A DNA stretch of 64,000 nt from Calditrichales bacterium (lineage in GTDB: Bacteria > Calditrichota > Calditrichia > Calditrichales > J004): assembly GCA_965267575.1 (NCBI GenBank), contig OZ254086.1:4512001-4576000 (forward strand). The letters are read 5' to 3'. A program made the translations under genes and the position numbers. The first letter of the stretch is position 1; every line of letters starts with the position of its first letter. Positions 49,156-59,427 of the stretch are shown here, in pieces. Below the pieces are notes generated by a model, which saw nothing but the letters and a program-made list of their open reading frames with translations, had not been told where the DNA came from and made no database searches.

Positions 49156-50106
49156 GTGATGATCGCTTTTGGCCCTGTACCCTCGAGACGCCTGGGACGC
49201 AGCCTGGGGATAAATAACATTCCACCCAAAACATGTTCTTATTCTTGCGTCTATTGCCAGCTGGGTACTACAACCCCCCTGTCCGTGACCCCCAAGCGCT
49301 TTTACGGGGTCGCGGATATTTATTACGCGGCCAGCGAAAAACTGGAATATGCCAGGCTTGCCCGGGACGAAATCGATTTTATCACCTTTGCGCCCACTGG
49401 AGAGCCTACCCTGGACGCCAACCTTCATAAGGAGCTTCAGCAATTACACGCTTTGGGTAAACCACTGGCGGTAATAACCAACGCTTCGCTCCTCGGCACC
49501 GAAAACGTTCGTAAAAGCCTTTACCTGGCAGACTGGGTATCGCTGAAGGTAGACGCGGCGACGGCGGAAACGTGGAAAAAGATCAACCGCCCCCACGGAC
49601 GCCTGCGGCTACAAGCACTTCACGAAGGCATGATTACGTTCGCACGCAACTTTAAAGGTATTCTAACCACCGAAACCATGCTGGTAAAAGATGTAAACGA
49701 CGGCCGGGATGAGTTGGAGCAGATCGCATCTTTTATCAACGGGATCGATCCGCATACGGCCTATATCTCCATCCCTTACCGTCCCCCGGCGGAAAAATCC
49801 GTAGCCGTTCCGGAGTCGGCAAAATTGATACGCGCATATATCATTTTCAGCGGGCAACTGCGCCATGTGGAACTGCTGATTGAATCCGAGGGCGTTGAAT
49901 TTTCGCGGGGTGACGATGCAGAGCGCGAGATCCTGAGCATAACCGCAGTGCATCCTATGTCGGAAAAAGCGGTCTACACGCTGTTAAAACGCTCCGGCAG
50001 AAGCTGGGGACTTATCGAGGACTTACTACAAAACGGCAAGCTCAAAATGAGCAGACACAACGGCATTACCTATTACCTGAAAAACCTGAACAGGGAAATC
50101 GTTTAA
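49156..50106 (+). CDS. Radical SAM protein
   Basis: FGPVPSRRLGRSLG, CSYSCVYCQLG and GEPTLD. Confidence 0.92.
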   Translation: MMIAFGPVPSRRLGRSLGINNIPPKTCSYSCVYCQLGTTTPLSVTPKRFYGVADIYYAASEKLEYARLARDEIDFITFAPTGEPTLDANLHKELQQLHALGKPLAVITNASLLGTENVRKSLYLADWVSLKVDAATAETWKKINRPHGRLRLQALHEGMITFARNFKGILTTETMLVKDVNDGRDELEQIASFINGIDPHTAYISIPYRPPAEKSVAVPESAKLIRAYIIFSGQLRHVELLIESEGVEFSRGDDAEREILSITAVHPMSEKAVYTLLKRSGRSWGLIEDLLQNGKLKMSRHNGITYYLKNLNREIV

Positions 50107-50119
50107 CCAGGGAGCTACC

Positions 50120-50566
50120 ATGGACTATACTACGAAGATCGGCATTATTGTCTGCGAGCGCTACCGGCGCTGCGCGGCTGGCAAGTGCTTAAAGGCATTA
50201 TACAACAAAGAAGGCGCGTTCGGTATTTACAGCGACAGCAAACTGCAGCTGGTGGGACTTTCCACCTGCGACGGTTGTCCCGGCGGCAACATCGAATATG
50301 TGGGCGAGGAAATGGTGAAAAACGGCGCCACGGCCATCCACCTGGCCACGGGCATGCTGATTGGCTATCCGCCCTGCCCTTACCTGGATACCTTTAAGGC
50401 CGTTCTGGAAAAAAGCACACACCTGCGCGTTGTGTTTGGCACGCATCCCATGCCGCAAAGATACATCGATATGCACGAGTACCTGGGCACGTTCAATGAT
50501 GAAAATTGGCTGGAAAAGGTTAGCCCGCTGATGCAAAATGAAGGGGCGCGCGCGGAATACGCCTGA
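50120..50566 (+). CDS. CGGC domain-containing protein
   Basis: KIGIIVC...CAAGKC, CDGCPG, YPPCP and GTHP. Confidence 0.85.
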   Translation: MDYTTKIGIIVCERYRRCAAGKCLKALYNKEGAFGIYSDSKLQLVGLSTCDGCPGGNIEYVGEEMVKNGATAIHLATGMLIGYPPCPYLDTFKAVLEKSTHLRVVFGTHPMPQRYIDMHEYLGTFNDENWLEKVSPLMQNEGARAEYA

Positions 50567-50747
50567 CAGGCCGGCACACCCACTCCCCGCTTTTGTTGTT
50601 TTCCTCCCACAGGTTTTTTTGTTTACTATCCGACTCTTTAAAAATTTTAAAAAAATCTATTGCAAAACCGTTTGCGCAAGTGTATAATCACGCCACTAAA
50701 ACCAACTGTAACGGAACACGTTTAATTTTACCAGGGAGGAAAATAGT

Positions 50748-51179
50748 ATGCGTTCTTTCATTCATTGGTTGGCTGCTCTTTCGGTTGTTGCGGTTGCGAT
50801 GATCGGCTGCAGCGAAAACAGCACGGAATCCGAATCCGGCAATTACCCTAACCCGCTGGCCAATACCACATGGTTTGCCAGTGCGGCCGTCAGCGGTGAT
50901 GAGGACGGCTATCTTCACATCAGCGCCTCGCAAATCGTCTCTTATGACGAAGATTTTGAAGAAGGCGCCGATTGCTGGGGACAGCATGGCCCGGCCGGTT
51001 ACGAGGTGACCGGCAACAACAGCATCAAAACGGAAGGTGTTACCATCACCTATACGCTGAGTGCTGACAGCAGCACGCTGAACCTGGTTGTGAACGGCAA
51101 CGCCCTCTACCCCTACACACGCAGCAGCGTGGACGTAAGCACGCTGAATGTCTGCAATGTAGACCCGACCCTTTTCTAA
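50748..51179 (+). CDS. Hypothetical lipoprotein
   Basis: Lipobox MIGC and SD GGAGG. Confidence 0.75.
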   Translation: MRSFIHWLAALSVVAVAMIGCSENSTESESGNYPNPLANTTWFASAAVSGDEDGYLHISASQIVSYDEDFEEGADCWGQHGPAGYEVTGNNSIKTEGVTITYTLSADSSTLNLVVNGNALYPYTRSSVDVSTLNVCNVDPTLF

Positions 51180-51202
51180 TTCTCCCCCGCACACTTTTTT
51201 TG

Positions 51203-51239
51203 AAATGCAGCCATGTTCCCCGCGTGGCTGCATTTTTTT
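51203..51239 (+). terminator. Rho-independent terminator
   Basis: AAATGCAGCCA / TGGCTGCATTT stem followed by a T-run. Confidence 0.8.
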
Positions 51240-51375
51240 ATCCGTTGCCCGGTCGGCATATTCTCGATGCCTCTCCGGCCTCTTGAACCCGAAGGCAACA
51301 GGCAATATAATTGAGCACGGCGATGAAACAATCGCCCCCTTTTATTACACGACCCATTAACCCTTTGGAGGAGAG

Positions 51376-51960
51376 ATGAAGCGTTTTACGTTTATAGGAG
51401 GATTAATTTTCCTGGTGGTTTTATTTGTGGCCGGCGAAACCGTTTTTGCTCAGGGCCAGAAAGTGCGCGCCAGCCTTAAGGCCAAAACCACGCAAACCAT
51501 AGGCGCGGATACCGAGATCACCATCGCGTACAGCCGGCCCGGCGTAAAAGACCGCGCCATCTGGGGTGAGCTGGTGCCCTACGGATTAAAGCCCGGTAAC
51601 AAATATTCGGACAACAAGCCTTTCCCCTGGCGAGCCGGTGCCGACGAGAATACCACAATCAGCTTTAACAACGACCTGCTTGTGGAAGGCGAAAAGCTGC
51701 CGGCCGGTACATACAGCATCCATATGATTCCCGCTGAAGATGAGTGGACCGTTATTTTCAACAAGGTGTATGATGCCTGGGGCAGCTATTCCTATGATGA
51801 AAGCCAGGACGCGCTGCGCGTGAAGGTAACTCCGCAAAAAGCCCCGCACCAGGAGTGGCTGGTTTATGGTTTTGATGAACTGGAGGGCACATCAGCCACG
51901 GCATACCTGCACTGGGAAGAGTTGAAAGTGCCGTTTAAAGTGCAACTGGCCGACCAATAA
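51376..51960 (+). CDS. DUF2911 domain secreted protein
   Basis: YSRPGVKDRAIWGELVPYG, WRAGADE and LPAGTYS. Confidence 0.88.
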   Translation: MKRFTFIGGLIFLVVLFVAGETVFAQGQKVRASLKAKTTQTIGADTEITIAYSRPGVKDRAIWGELVPYGLKPGNKYSDNKPFPWRAGADENTTISFNNDLLVEGEKLPAGTYSIHMIPAEDEWTVIFNKVYDAWGSYSYDESQDALRVKVTPQKAPHQEWLVYGFDELEGTSATAYLHWEELKVPFKVQLADQ

Positions 51961-51981
51961 AAACCTTAAAAAGAGGAGGAT

Positions 51982-52422
51982 ATGATGGCCGTTAACCCCG
52001 TCCCCGCCGGCTACCATACGATTACCCCCTACCTTATCGTGGATGATTGTGACAGGTTGATCACCTTTTTGAAAAAGGGTCTCGACGCGCGGGAAACGAC
52101 CCCGCCGCACCGCAACGAAGACGGTTCGGTGATGCACGCCGAATTGAAGATCGGTAACAGCATGCTGATGATGAGCCAGGCCACTGACGGCTTTCCCGCC
52201 ATGCCCTGCATGATTCATCTTTACGTGGAAGACAGCGACGCTCTATACAAAAAGGCCCTGGCCGCCGGCGGCACGTCCATACGCGAGCCGGAAAACCAGT
52301 TTTACGGCGACCGCAGCGGCGGCGTTAAAGATCCCTGCGGCAACCAGTGGTGGATCTCCACGCACATTGAAGACGTTTCCGAAGAAGAGATGCAACGGCG
52401 GATGAATAAAAGTGGGGAGTAA
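51982..52422 (+). CDS. VOC family protein
   Basis: PAGYHTITPYL, MHAELKIG and QFYGDRSGGVKDPCGNQW. Confidence 0.92.
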   Translation: MMAVNPVPAGYHTITPYLIVDDCDRLITFLKKGLDARETTPPHRNEDGSVMHAELKIGNSMLMMSQATDGFPAMPCMIHLYVEDSDALYKKALAAGGTSIREPENQFYGDRSGGVKDPCGNQWWISTHIEDVSEEEMQRRMNKSGE

Positions 52423-52425
52423 GAA

Positions 52426-52512
52426 ACAACCCCTTAATCCCCTTTTTTAAGGGGAAACACATGTTTTGACTGCATATCAATTCCCCCTTATCAAAGGGGG
52501 TTAGGGGGTTGT
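52426..52512. repeat. C/G-run palindromic doublet between convergent genes
   Basis: ACAACCCCTTAATCCCCTTT...AAAGGGGGTTAGGGGGTTGT inverted arms, each with an internal CCCCTT/AAGGGG hairpin. Confidence 0.75.
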
Positions 52513-52533
52513 CGGGCGCATGGCGGCAAACTC

Positions 52534-53490
52534 TCAAAACAAAAACGGCAGCACCTGGAACTGCTTGCTGAGAAGCAGCCTGTTGTCATCGCCAAATGTG
52601 TAGGCCAGCTTAAACTCGCCCCAGCTCACAAAAGCGCCCCATTGCGCGCCGCCGTCAAAGGGGTTGCGCAGAAAGCCGCTTTTTTCAGAAGCCAGCAACG
52701 CGCCCACGCTGACATAGGCCGGCTTTAAATAATTGCCCTTGCCCCAGCCCTTGTTAAAAAAATAGTGCCGCAACCCAAGCTCTGCCGCGGAAAGCAGCAG
52801 GAAGTCGTTGCTGCTATTGGCGTTCTTGTCATAATTAAGATAAGCCGTGTTGTACGCCATTATCAGCTCCAGCGGGCCGGGAGCGCCGTTTTCATCCACG
52901 CCAAAAGCGGGTATGCCGCGCAGCAGAAAGTGGTTGACGGCAGCCTCCAGAAGGTTCAGCCGTGCCGAGTTGGGCCCGTACTTCACTTCAAAATGGCGCA
53001 GGCGTTCCATGCTTTGCTCCAGCGATGCCCGCGTTTGCTGCACCTGCAGATCGTTGACCGGCTGCAGCAGGCGGTCCGTTTGCCCGGGTCCGACGGCTTC
53101 ATCCAGCAGCCGGCCAAGCTGCCCGTTGCTGACGGCTTTTACATATTGCAGTGATGCTTCCAGGTCGCCTTGCGGACCATCCTGCCGAAATACAAAATCG
53201 CTTTGGCTGGAACGCAGGGTCGTGGCAATACCGGGCTGATCTACGCCGGCGGATGTTTGCATGGTGGCGGCGGCCTGCTCCAGCACAGCCAGGTGGCCGT
53301 TAAGCTCAGCCGTCGCCTCGGGAAAGAGTGAATCAAACGGGGTGAGATAAAGGGCGTGGCGCGTGTTTTCAACAATCGCACGCAGCAGCTGCGGATAGCT
53401 TTGTGTTTGCAGCGTATCCTGCGCCGGCAGCCACAACGGCGCCGCCAGCAGACAGACAATCACCCCATGCAGTTTCAGACGCTTAACCAT
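52534..53490 (-). CDS. Hypothetical secreted protein
   Basis: Signal peptide, helical N-half, beta-rich C-half and terminal FLF. Confidence 0.7.
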   Translation of the reverse strand: MVKRLKLHGVIVCLLAAPLWLPAQDTLQTQSYPQLLRAIVENTRHALYLTPFDSLFPEATAELNGHLAVLEQAAATMQTSAGVDQPGIATTLRSSQSDFVFRQDGPQGDLEASLQYVKAVSNGQLGRLLDEAVGPGQTDRLLQPVNDLQVQQTRASLEQSMERLRHFEVKYGPNSARLNLLEAAVNHFLLRGIPAFGVDENGAPGPLELIMAYNTAYLNYDKNANSSNDFLLLSAAELGLRHYFFNKGWGKGNYLKPAYVSVGALLASEKSGFLRNPFDGGAQWGAFVSWGEFKLAYTFGDDNRLLLSKQFQVLPFLF

Positions 53491-54452
53491 TTTACCAGGT
53501 CCCCTTTATTTTGCGTGATGTAGCCTTCCCAGGAATGCGGGTTACTCAAAGGCAGCGCGGGTCCGGCGCCGTTCTCCCTGTCATTGGTCAGGCGGGCGGT
53601 CAGTTCATCTTCATCTTTGATATTCAAAACCGTCTGCGCGTCGACGATGGAATCCTGCCCGTTCACCTGCATGTAAGCCCATTCCAGTTTGCGGCCCAAC
53701 AGAAAACCGCCCACGGGATCGAAGTCGCCGGTGACGGCGGCCCAATGCTTCACGGAAGGGACCGCTCTTTTGGTAACGGGATCGGTCTCTGCCGGAATTG
53801 TGAGCGTGTCGCCGGCAATAGTGGCCAGTTTGCGGTGTGAAACAATCGGCACAAGCTGCTGGGCAAAGGCGCGGATAAGCTGCACCGGGGAGGCCATGAA
53901 AATAACGTTTTCGAACTGCATGGCGTCGGTAACCGGCAGCAGGCGGTGTTGGGGGTGGTTGGCCGCGGCATGCAGCATCTCGTAGGTGTGGAAGCAGCCC
54001 AGGCTGTGGCAGATGATGGAAATTTTCTGGCGCCGGAAAGGCACACCGGAACTGTTGCCGTCCAGCCGTATCTGCTTGATCTGTGCCAGGTAGCGCTCAC
54101 GGATCATCAGCCGCGACGCTTCGTTGAGGACGGGAAAAATCACGTCCCCGGCATATTCGGCAACGGCCCGACCCAGCTTGCCGCCAACGTTTTCCAGCAC
54201 GCGCAGGTGCAGCCAGTCTTTAATGCCGCCAACAGCCTCGGCCAGGCGCACTTTTTCGGCCATCCAGTCGTTCATGTCATCGTAATAGAGAAAATAAACG
54301 GCCAGTTTTGAAGCAATTTCGCTGCCTACCGTGGCTTTAAAGCGGGTGATCAGTGCGTCGTAGTCACCCGGTTTGCTGTTACCGACGCCATGCACAAAAA
54401 GAACGGCGTGACGATCGGGCCAGGATTGCGATTCAGGCTGCCATGCGCACAT
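53475..54452 (-). CDS. Alpha/beta-hydrolase-fold protein (lipase-like)
   Basis: FVHGVG, ICHSLG nucleophile elbow, FMASP, DPVGG and NPHSW. Confidence 0.7.
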   Translation of the reverse strand: MCAWQPESQSWPDRHAVLFVHGVGNSKPGDYDALITRFKATVGSEIASKLAVYFLYYDDMNDWMAEKVRLAEAVGGIKDWLHLRVLENVGGKLGRAVAEYAGDVIFPVLNEASRLMIRERYLAQIKQIRLDGNSSGVPFRRQKISIICHSLGCFHTYEMLHAAANHPQHRLLPVTDAMQFENVIFMASPVQLIRAFAQQLVPIVSHRKLATIAGDTLTIPAETDPVTKRAVPSVKHWAAVTGDFDPVGGFLLGRKLEWAYMQVNGQDSIVDAQTVLNIKDEDELTARLTNDRENGAGPALPLSNPHSWEGYITQNKGDLVKWLSV

Positions 54453-54663
54453 CGTAGCCTCCGCAGAAAGTTGAACATTCAGGTTGGTAAAAAGATATAA
54501 GGCAGATTAACACAATCTGCCGCTTAAATCCACATTTAATTGTGTTTGGCGGATTGCAGCACGGGCCGGTTAAAATACAATCCAAACAGCTTTAAAACAT
54601 TGCCCGATTGCCAGAGGCGGCACGGCGCATTATTTTGTCGGAAAAAATTAACGGGAATACTTT

Positions 54664-55503
54664 ATGAAAAAATGGTTGATTAGCGGATTGATGCTGGCGC
54701 TTCTTATGGGCTGCAGCGCGGTAAAGCTGGGCTACAACAATGCCGACCTGCTGCTGGAGTGGCAGATCGATAAGTATTTTGACCTGGACAGCGAGCAGGA
54801 AACTTTTGTGGAAGAACGCCTGGATTACCACCTGAAATGGCATCGTGACACGCAAATGCCGCGCTATTCCGCCTTTACCGAAGAACTGGCCGCAAAGCTT
54901 TCCGACGGGTTAAGCAGCGAGGAGTACGATTGGTTTTTTGCCGAAGTGCAAAGCGCTTACCGCGATTTGGTAGAACGCATCGCGCCGGATGCCGCCACCC
55001 TGCTGCGCGGCCTGTCCGATGAACAGATCCGCCATTACCGCGAAAAGCTGGAAGAACGCAACGAAGAACGCCGCGAGTGGGTACAACGCTCCGATGAAGA
55101 GCATCTGGAGCGTCGCGTGGAACGCACCGTTGAGCGCATGGAAGAGTGGCTGGGCTCCGTCTCCCCTGCCCAGCGCATTTATCTCAAGCGTGGTCTTTCC
55201 GAAATCCCGCGCACGACAAAATACTGGGTCGATCACAGCCTCAACCGCCAGCAAGCCTTTATCGATTTACTGCAATCCAAGCCGCCACATGATATTTTTG
55301 TATCCCGCCTGAAAAGCTGGTTTATCGATTGGGAGCAGGGCCAATCCCCCGAATACGCCAAAATCGATGAACGCCACGACGCCATGGCTAAACAACTGGC
55401 CCTGGATATCGACCAGATGCTCTCCAACGAGCAACGCCAATACGCCGTGGAGCGCATCCGCAACTACCACGTGGATTTCCGCGAGCTGGCGGCAAGGGAA
55501 TGA
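54664..55503 (+). CDS. DUF6279-like lipoprotein
   Basis: Lipobox LMGC, KLGYNNADLL, WHRDTQMPRY and EWLGS. Confidence 0.8.
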   Translation: MKKWLISGLMLALLMGCSAVKLGYNNADLLLEWQIDKYFDLDSEQETFVEERLDYHLKWHRDTQMPRYSAFTEELAAKLSDGLSSEEYDWFFAEVQSAYRDLVERIAPDAATLLRGLSDEQIRHYREKLEERNEERREWVQRSDEEHLERRVERTVERMEEWLGSVSPAQRIYLKRGLSEIPRTTKYWVDHSLNRQQAFIDLLQSKPPHDIFVSRLKSWFIDWEQGQSPEYAKIDERHDAMAKQLALDIDQMLSNEQRQYAVERIRNYHVDFRELAARE

Positions 55504-55684
55504 AAGATGTGCCAGAGTGTTAGGGTGTTAGGGTGTTAAAGTGTATGTTCGCGTCTAATCATACTCGGTAATCGAAATCGCCATCGGAACCGGTATTCGG
55601 GTGTTTAGGTAATCCATGATCATGCTCTCCCTGCCTTTCTTCTTCGTTTTCATTCTCTTTCTCATTGTCCACTTCTTCCCGTCC

Positions 55685-55775
55685 TGCCATTTCAAACCCG
55701 GCGGCTGCCGGGTGAAAAATCCGGGGCGCATCAAGCTTCCGGATCTCTCACGCCTGCCGGCGATTTGAGATGACA
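55685..55775. repeat. Divergent solo copy of the TGTC REP doublet
   Basis: TGCCATTTCAAACCCGGC...GCCGGGTGAAAAATCC...GGATCTCTCA...TTTGAGATGACA. Confidence 0.65.
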
Positions 55776-55927
55776 GTATGGGACGCTACCTCATATCGGG
55801 CGGCTATATGTGGTCAAAGTACCTTGCCAGGAGAAATAGTTTTTTTAAGCAGAGGTATTAATGTATTTTCCGGCTACCTGTTATTTTTGCTGAATTCTTC
55901 ATTTAAATAAGCCGGAGAGGTACACAC

Positions 55928-56902
55928 ATGAGAGCAGCCTGGTATGAAAAACAGGGTGTCGCAAAGGACGTTCTGATCGTCGGGGAGATGCCGACACCGG
56001 AAGCGGGACCGGGTGAAGTACGCATTCGCCTGGCTGTCTCAGGGATTAATCCCGGGGATATAAAGAAACGGCAAGACGCCTTCGGTTATGGCATGGCCTA
56101 CCCGCGCGTTATTCCCCATAGCGATGGCGCCGGGCAGGTGGACCAGGTCGGTGATGGTGTTTCTGAAGAGTGGCTGGGACGGCCGGTGTGGTGTTACGGG
56201 GCTCAATCGTACCGCGCTTTTGGTACGGCCGCCGGGTATTGCACTGTTCCCCTGACAAATGCGATTGCAATGCCCGAAAGTATGTCGATGGAACAAGGCG
56301 CCTGCCTGGGTATTCCCGGTATCACCGCTCATCGGGCCGTGCACACGGCGGGTCCGGTAAAAGGTCGCATCGTTTTGGTACAGGGGGGCGCGGGGGCTGT
56401 AGGTTTATGCGCCGTTCAACTGGCCCACCATGCCGGAGCACACGTTATCGCCACTGTCCGCTCCTCATCGGATGAGGCAGGCGTCAGGGCTGCGGGAGCG
56501 GATGAAGTTGTATTGGCTGATAAATCCCTGACCGAACGCATGCAAAAAATTGCCCCGGAGGGTGTAGACCATATTGTGGAAGTGGCCTTTGGCGCCAACA
56601 TTGCCACCGATATTGAACTGCTGGCGGTGGGTGGTTCTATTGCCACCTACGCGACCAATACAGCCGAACCGGAGATCCCGTTTTGGCATCTTGTGTTTAA
56701 GAACATCCGCGTTTTCTTTTTGGGCAGCGACGATTTTCCGGCAGAGGCGAAGATGCAAGCGGCACTGGATCTTAACGCCGCCTTTGAGTCCGGTTGGACC
56801 GGGTTTGAAATCGCCGAACGGGTTCCGCTGGAAGAGATTGCCAGGGCGCATGAACTGATGGAACGTCCAAAGCGCCGGGGACGCGTTGTTTTGACGCTAT
56901 AA
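55928..56902 (+). CDS. NADPH:quinone reductase (MDR family)
   Basis: SGINPGD, IPHSDGAG and QGGAGAVG. Confidence 0.92.
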   Translation: MRAAWYEKQGVAKDVLIVGEMPTPEAGPGEVRIRLAVSGINPGDIKKRQDAFGYGMAYPRVIPHSDGAGQVDQVGDGVSEEWLGRPVWCYGAQSYRAFGTAAGYCTVPLTNAIAMPESMSMEQGACLGIPGITAHRAVHTAGPVKGRIVLVQGGAGAVGLCAVQLAHHAGAHVIATVRSSSDEAGVRAAGADEVVLADKSLTERMQKIAPEGVDHIVEVAFGANIATDIELLAVGGSIATYATNTAEPEIPFWHLVFKNIRVFFLGSDDFPAEAKMQAALDLNAAFESGWTGFEIAERVPLEEIARAHELMERPKRRGRVVLTL

Positions 56903-56981
56903 TAGCGTTCTTTGTTGGACTTAGAAGATCGCAAGCAAGCCTATAAGAAAAATAAAGCCAAGGATAAATTAAACACGTATG

Positions 56982-58001
56982 TTAATTTCGATCTAAATGT
57001 TCTTGCAGGAAGAGTATCATGTCGTTTAGTACAGGTATAGCATCCTCTTCGAAACAGTGGCCAAAGATCTCACTACAGCCGCTATCTAAATAGGCATGGT
57101 TCAGCCCTTCATATATACTAAATTCCACGGGTTGACCTGCCGCTTTTAGCCGAGATACATAAGTTTCGATTTCTTCGGGTGGAGTGGCTTTGTCGTTTGA
57201 ACCTACATGAACAAACTGTGGAGGTAATTGTACTTTATTGTGGTTTGGAATATTTAAAATAGGCGAATGCAATTCATACAGGTCAGGATTGTTTTTAAGA
57301 TTATAACCATTACCAAAAAGGCCTCTCGGTTTTACCCCTGCAAATTTCCATACCCCATTTCGTTTTGTTTCGAAACCACGTTCAGCACGAACAATGACAT
57401 TTATAACTGGATAACTAAGGATGGCTGCCTGTACACTTAACAGTCCTTCATCTCCTATTTGCTCAACTGACATATTATTTGGCATCCAGCTTGGATTGAA
57501 TCCATAATTATCTCCCGCATAAGCGTCTGCCACCAATGTGTTACTTTGAGTTAGTACCATTGCCGCAAGATGACCGCCTGCACTATCGCCCGTTATCGCA
57601 ATTTGAGATGCATCACCGCCATAATCGGAAATATGTTCCTTGATCCAGAGTAAACTTCCTAATACGTCTTCAACTATTTCATTGAGCGTTACACTATTAT
57701 TTTGATCTCCAAGCAGACGGTAGTTAACATTGCAAACAACTAATTCACCATGTTGTACCAGGTATTCTGAAGCCTGGCTCATTATTTGTTTGCTGTTGGC
57801 CAACCATGCCCCGCCATGCCAGATTACCATAACCGGGTAACTATCCTTTCCGCTCAACGGTTTATAAATATCCATCGTAAGGTCAAAGCCTTCGGGCGAA
57901 GCATACAGAACATTTTTATTTACTTTAAAAGCTATTTCTTGACTAATGATTGGTACACAAAATAATACGATTATCGAAAATACAAGTGTAATTTGCTTCA
58001 T
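56982..58001 (-). CDS. Alpha/beta hydrolase (HSL-like esterase), secreted, AT-rich
   Basis: HGGAW and GDSAGGHL motifs; signal peptide from ATG 58001. Confidence 0.9.
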   Translation of the reverse strand: MKQITLVFSIIVLFCVPIISQEIAFKVNKNVLYASPEGFDLTMDIYKPLSGKDSYPVMVIWHGGAWLANSKQIMSQASEYLVQHGELVVCNVNYRLLGDQNNSVTLNEIVEDVLGSLLWIKEHISDYGGDASQIAITGDSAGGHLAAMVLTQSNTLVADAYAGDNYGFNPSWMPNNMSVEQIGDEGLLSVQAAILSYPVINVIVRAERGFETKRNGVWKFAGVKPRGLFGNGYNLKNNPDLYELHSPILNIPNHNKVQLPPQFVHVGSNDKATPPEEIETYVSRLKAAGQPVEFSIYEGLNHAYLDSGCSEIFGHCFEEDAIPVLNDMILFLQEHLDRN

Positions 58002-58173
58002 AAGGTTAACTTTTATTCGTTTTCCGGTTAGGCTGCCCAAAAGGCCGGAAGAATATAAAGCAAAAAAGGATTATAAAGTAAAATTGAGGATTTGACATTA
58101 GCATTCGGATAAAGATACTTTCTTTACAAAAAGGGAACTTTTTCCAAAAAGATTTTAGGACGCGTACAATACA

Positions 58174-58632
58174 ATGAATCTAAATTTTGAAAAAATAGAT
58201 CACGCTATATCGGGCTTTATGCAGCGCTGGGGCATTACGGCATTGCGCGTATCGCTGGGCATTATCTTTATCTGGTTTGGTATCTTGAAACCTTTTGGTT
58301 TGTCTTCGGCGCAACCACTGGTTGAGGATACGGTCAACTGGATGCCGTTTTTTGCCCCGGCCACATGGGTTTCGGTGATCGGCTGGTGGGAAGTCGTTAT
58401 TGGCGTGGCCTTCTTTTTCAATGCCACGATTCGGCTGGCCATTGCCCTGCTTGCCACGCAGATGGTGGGGACGTTTATGCCGCTGGTTATCCTGCCGGAA
58501 GTGACCTTCCAGGCCGGGCATCTGCCTTACGCGCCCACGTTGGAGGGACAGTACATCATCAAAAACCTGCTGATCATATCGGCCGCGCTGGTTATCGGCG
58601 GGACGTTGAATAATAAGAGCAACAAGGTTTAA
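58174..58632 (+). CDS. DoxX-family membrane protein
   Basis: LRVSLGIIFIWFGILK and EGQYIIKN. Confidence 0.85.
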   Translation: MNLNFEKIDHAISGFMQRWGITALRVSLGIIFIWFGILKPFGLSSAQPLVEDTVNWMPFFAPATWVSVIGWWEVVIGVAFFFNATIRLAIALLATQMVGTFMPLVILPEVTFQAGHLPYAPTLEGQYIIKNLLIISAALVIGGTLNNKSNKV

Positions 58633-58652
58633 TTACATTTATTCAAAGACTT

Positions 58653-59285
58653 ATGGCATCTGAGGTGAACACAATACACAATAATCGATCCGTAGAAATC
58701 CGCTGGATCAGAATCGGTATTCTCGGAGGACTCTGCGCGAGCATCTTGTACCCAGTCCTCCTGTTCGCCCCGCTTTCATTACCCCTCACGGCGGCCGTAG
58801 CGTCGTTCCTCGGTCCGGCGATCGGCGTTGGTAGCCTTGGCCTGTACAGGCTCATCAGACTCCATGCGCCTTCGGTGTCTGGAGCTCTTGGTGCAATACA
58901 CAACATCATTGCCGGCGCGCTTTTCACCGCCATGGCGCTGGTGCAGCTCGCCGTCCGTTCTCAGGCACCAACCGGCAGCGCTGCCGATCTCGTCGGCGTT
59001 TGGCTCGGTATCGATGTGGCGTGGGATATCTACATCGGTCTGGGCACATTAGCCTTTGGCTGGGCTATGCGGCACCATCCACGCTTCGGCTGGCCATTCG
59101 CTGTCACGGGGATGCTTTTAGGGCTACTTGAGATCATCCTGAATCTTCTCCCGTTTCCTACTCCACCGGCAAATGCCGGGTCGGTCGACATCGGCCCCGT
59201 CGTTGGGCTCTGGTACCTGGCTTCGACAATTCAGGCGTGGCGCAGCCTCTCCTGGGCCGGCGAACGTTGCAAGCCTGACGCTTAA
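58653..59285 (+). CDS. Hypothetical membrane protein
   Basis: About 6 hydrophobic segments; co-oriented with neighbours. Confidence 0.7.
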   Translation: MASEVNTIHNNRSVEIRWIRIGILGGLCASILYPVLLFAPLSLPLTAAVASFLGPAIGVGSLGLYRLIRLHAPSVSGALGAIHNIIAGALFTAMALVQLAVRSQAPTGSAADLVGVWLGIDVAWDIYIGLGTLAFGWAMRHHPRFGWPFAVTGMLLGLLEIILNLLPFPTPPANAGSVDIGPVVGLWYLASTIQAWRSLSWAGERCKPDA

Positions 59286-59427
59286 CCATCCATGCTCCTC
59301 TTGTTGAATTTTTCTGAGCACGGGCTATATTTGTCCCATCCCGAAATACTATCTTTATAAAATATGTATGATGCTGCCTTGACGGATTTTGCAGCCTTTC
59401 ATCTACTTACAGAAGGGAGACAGCGTT

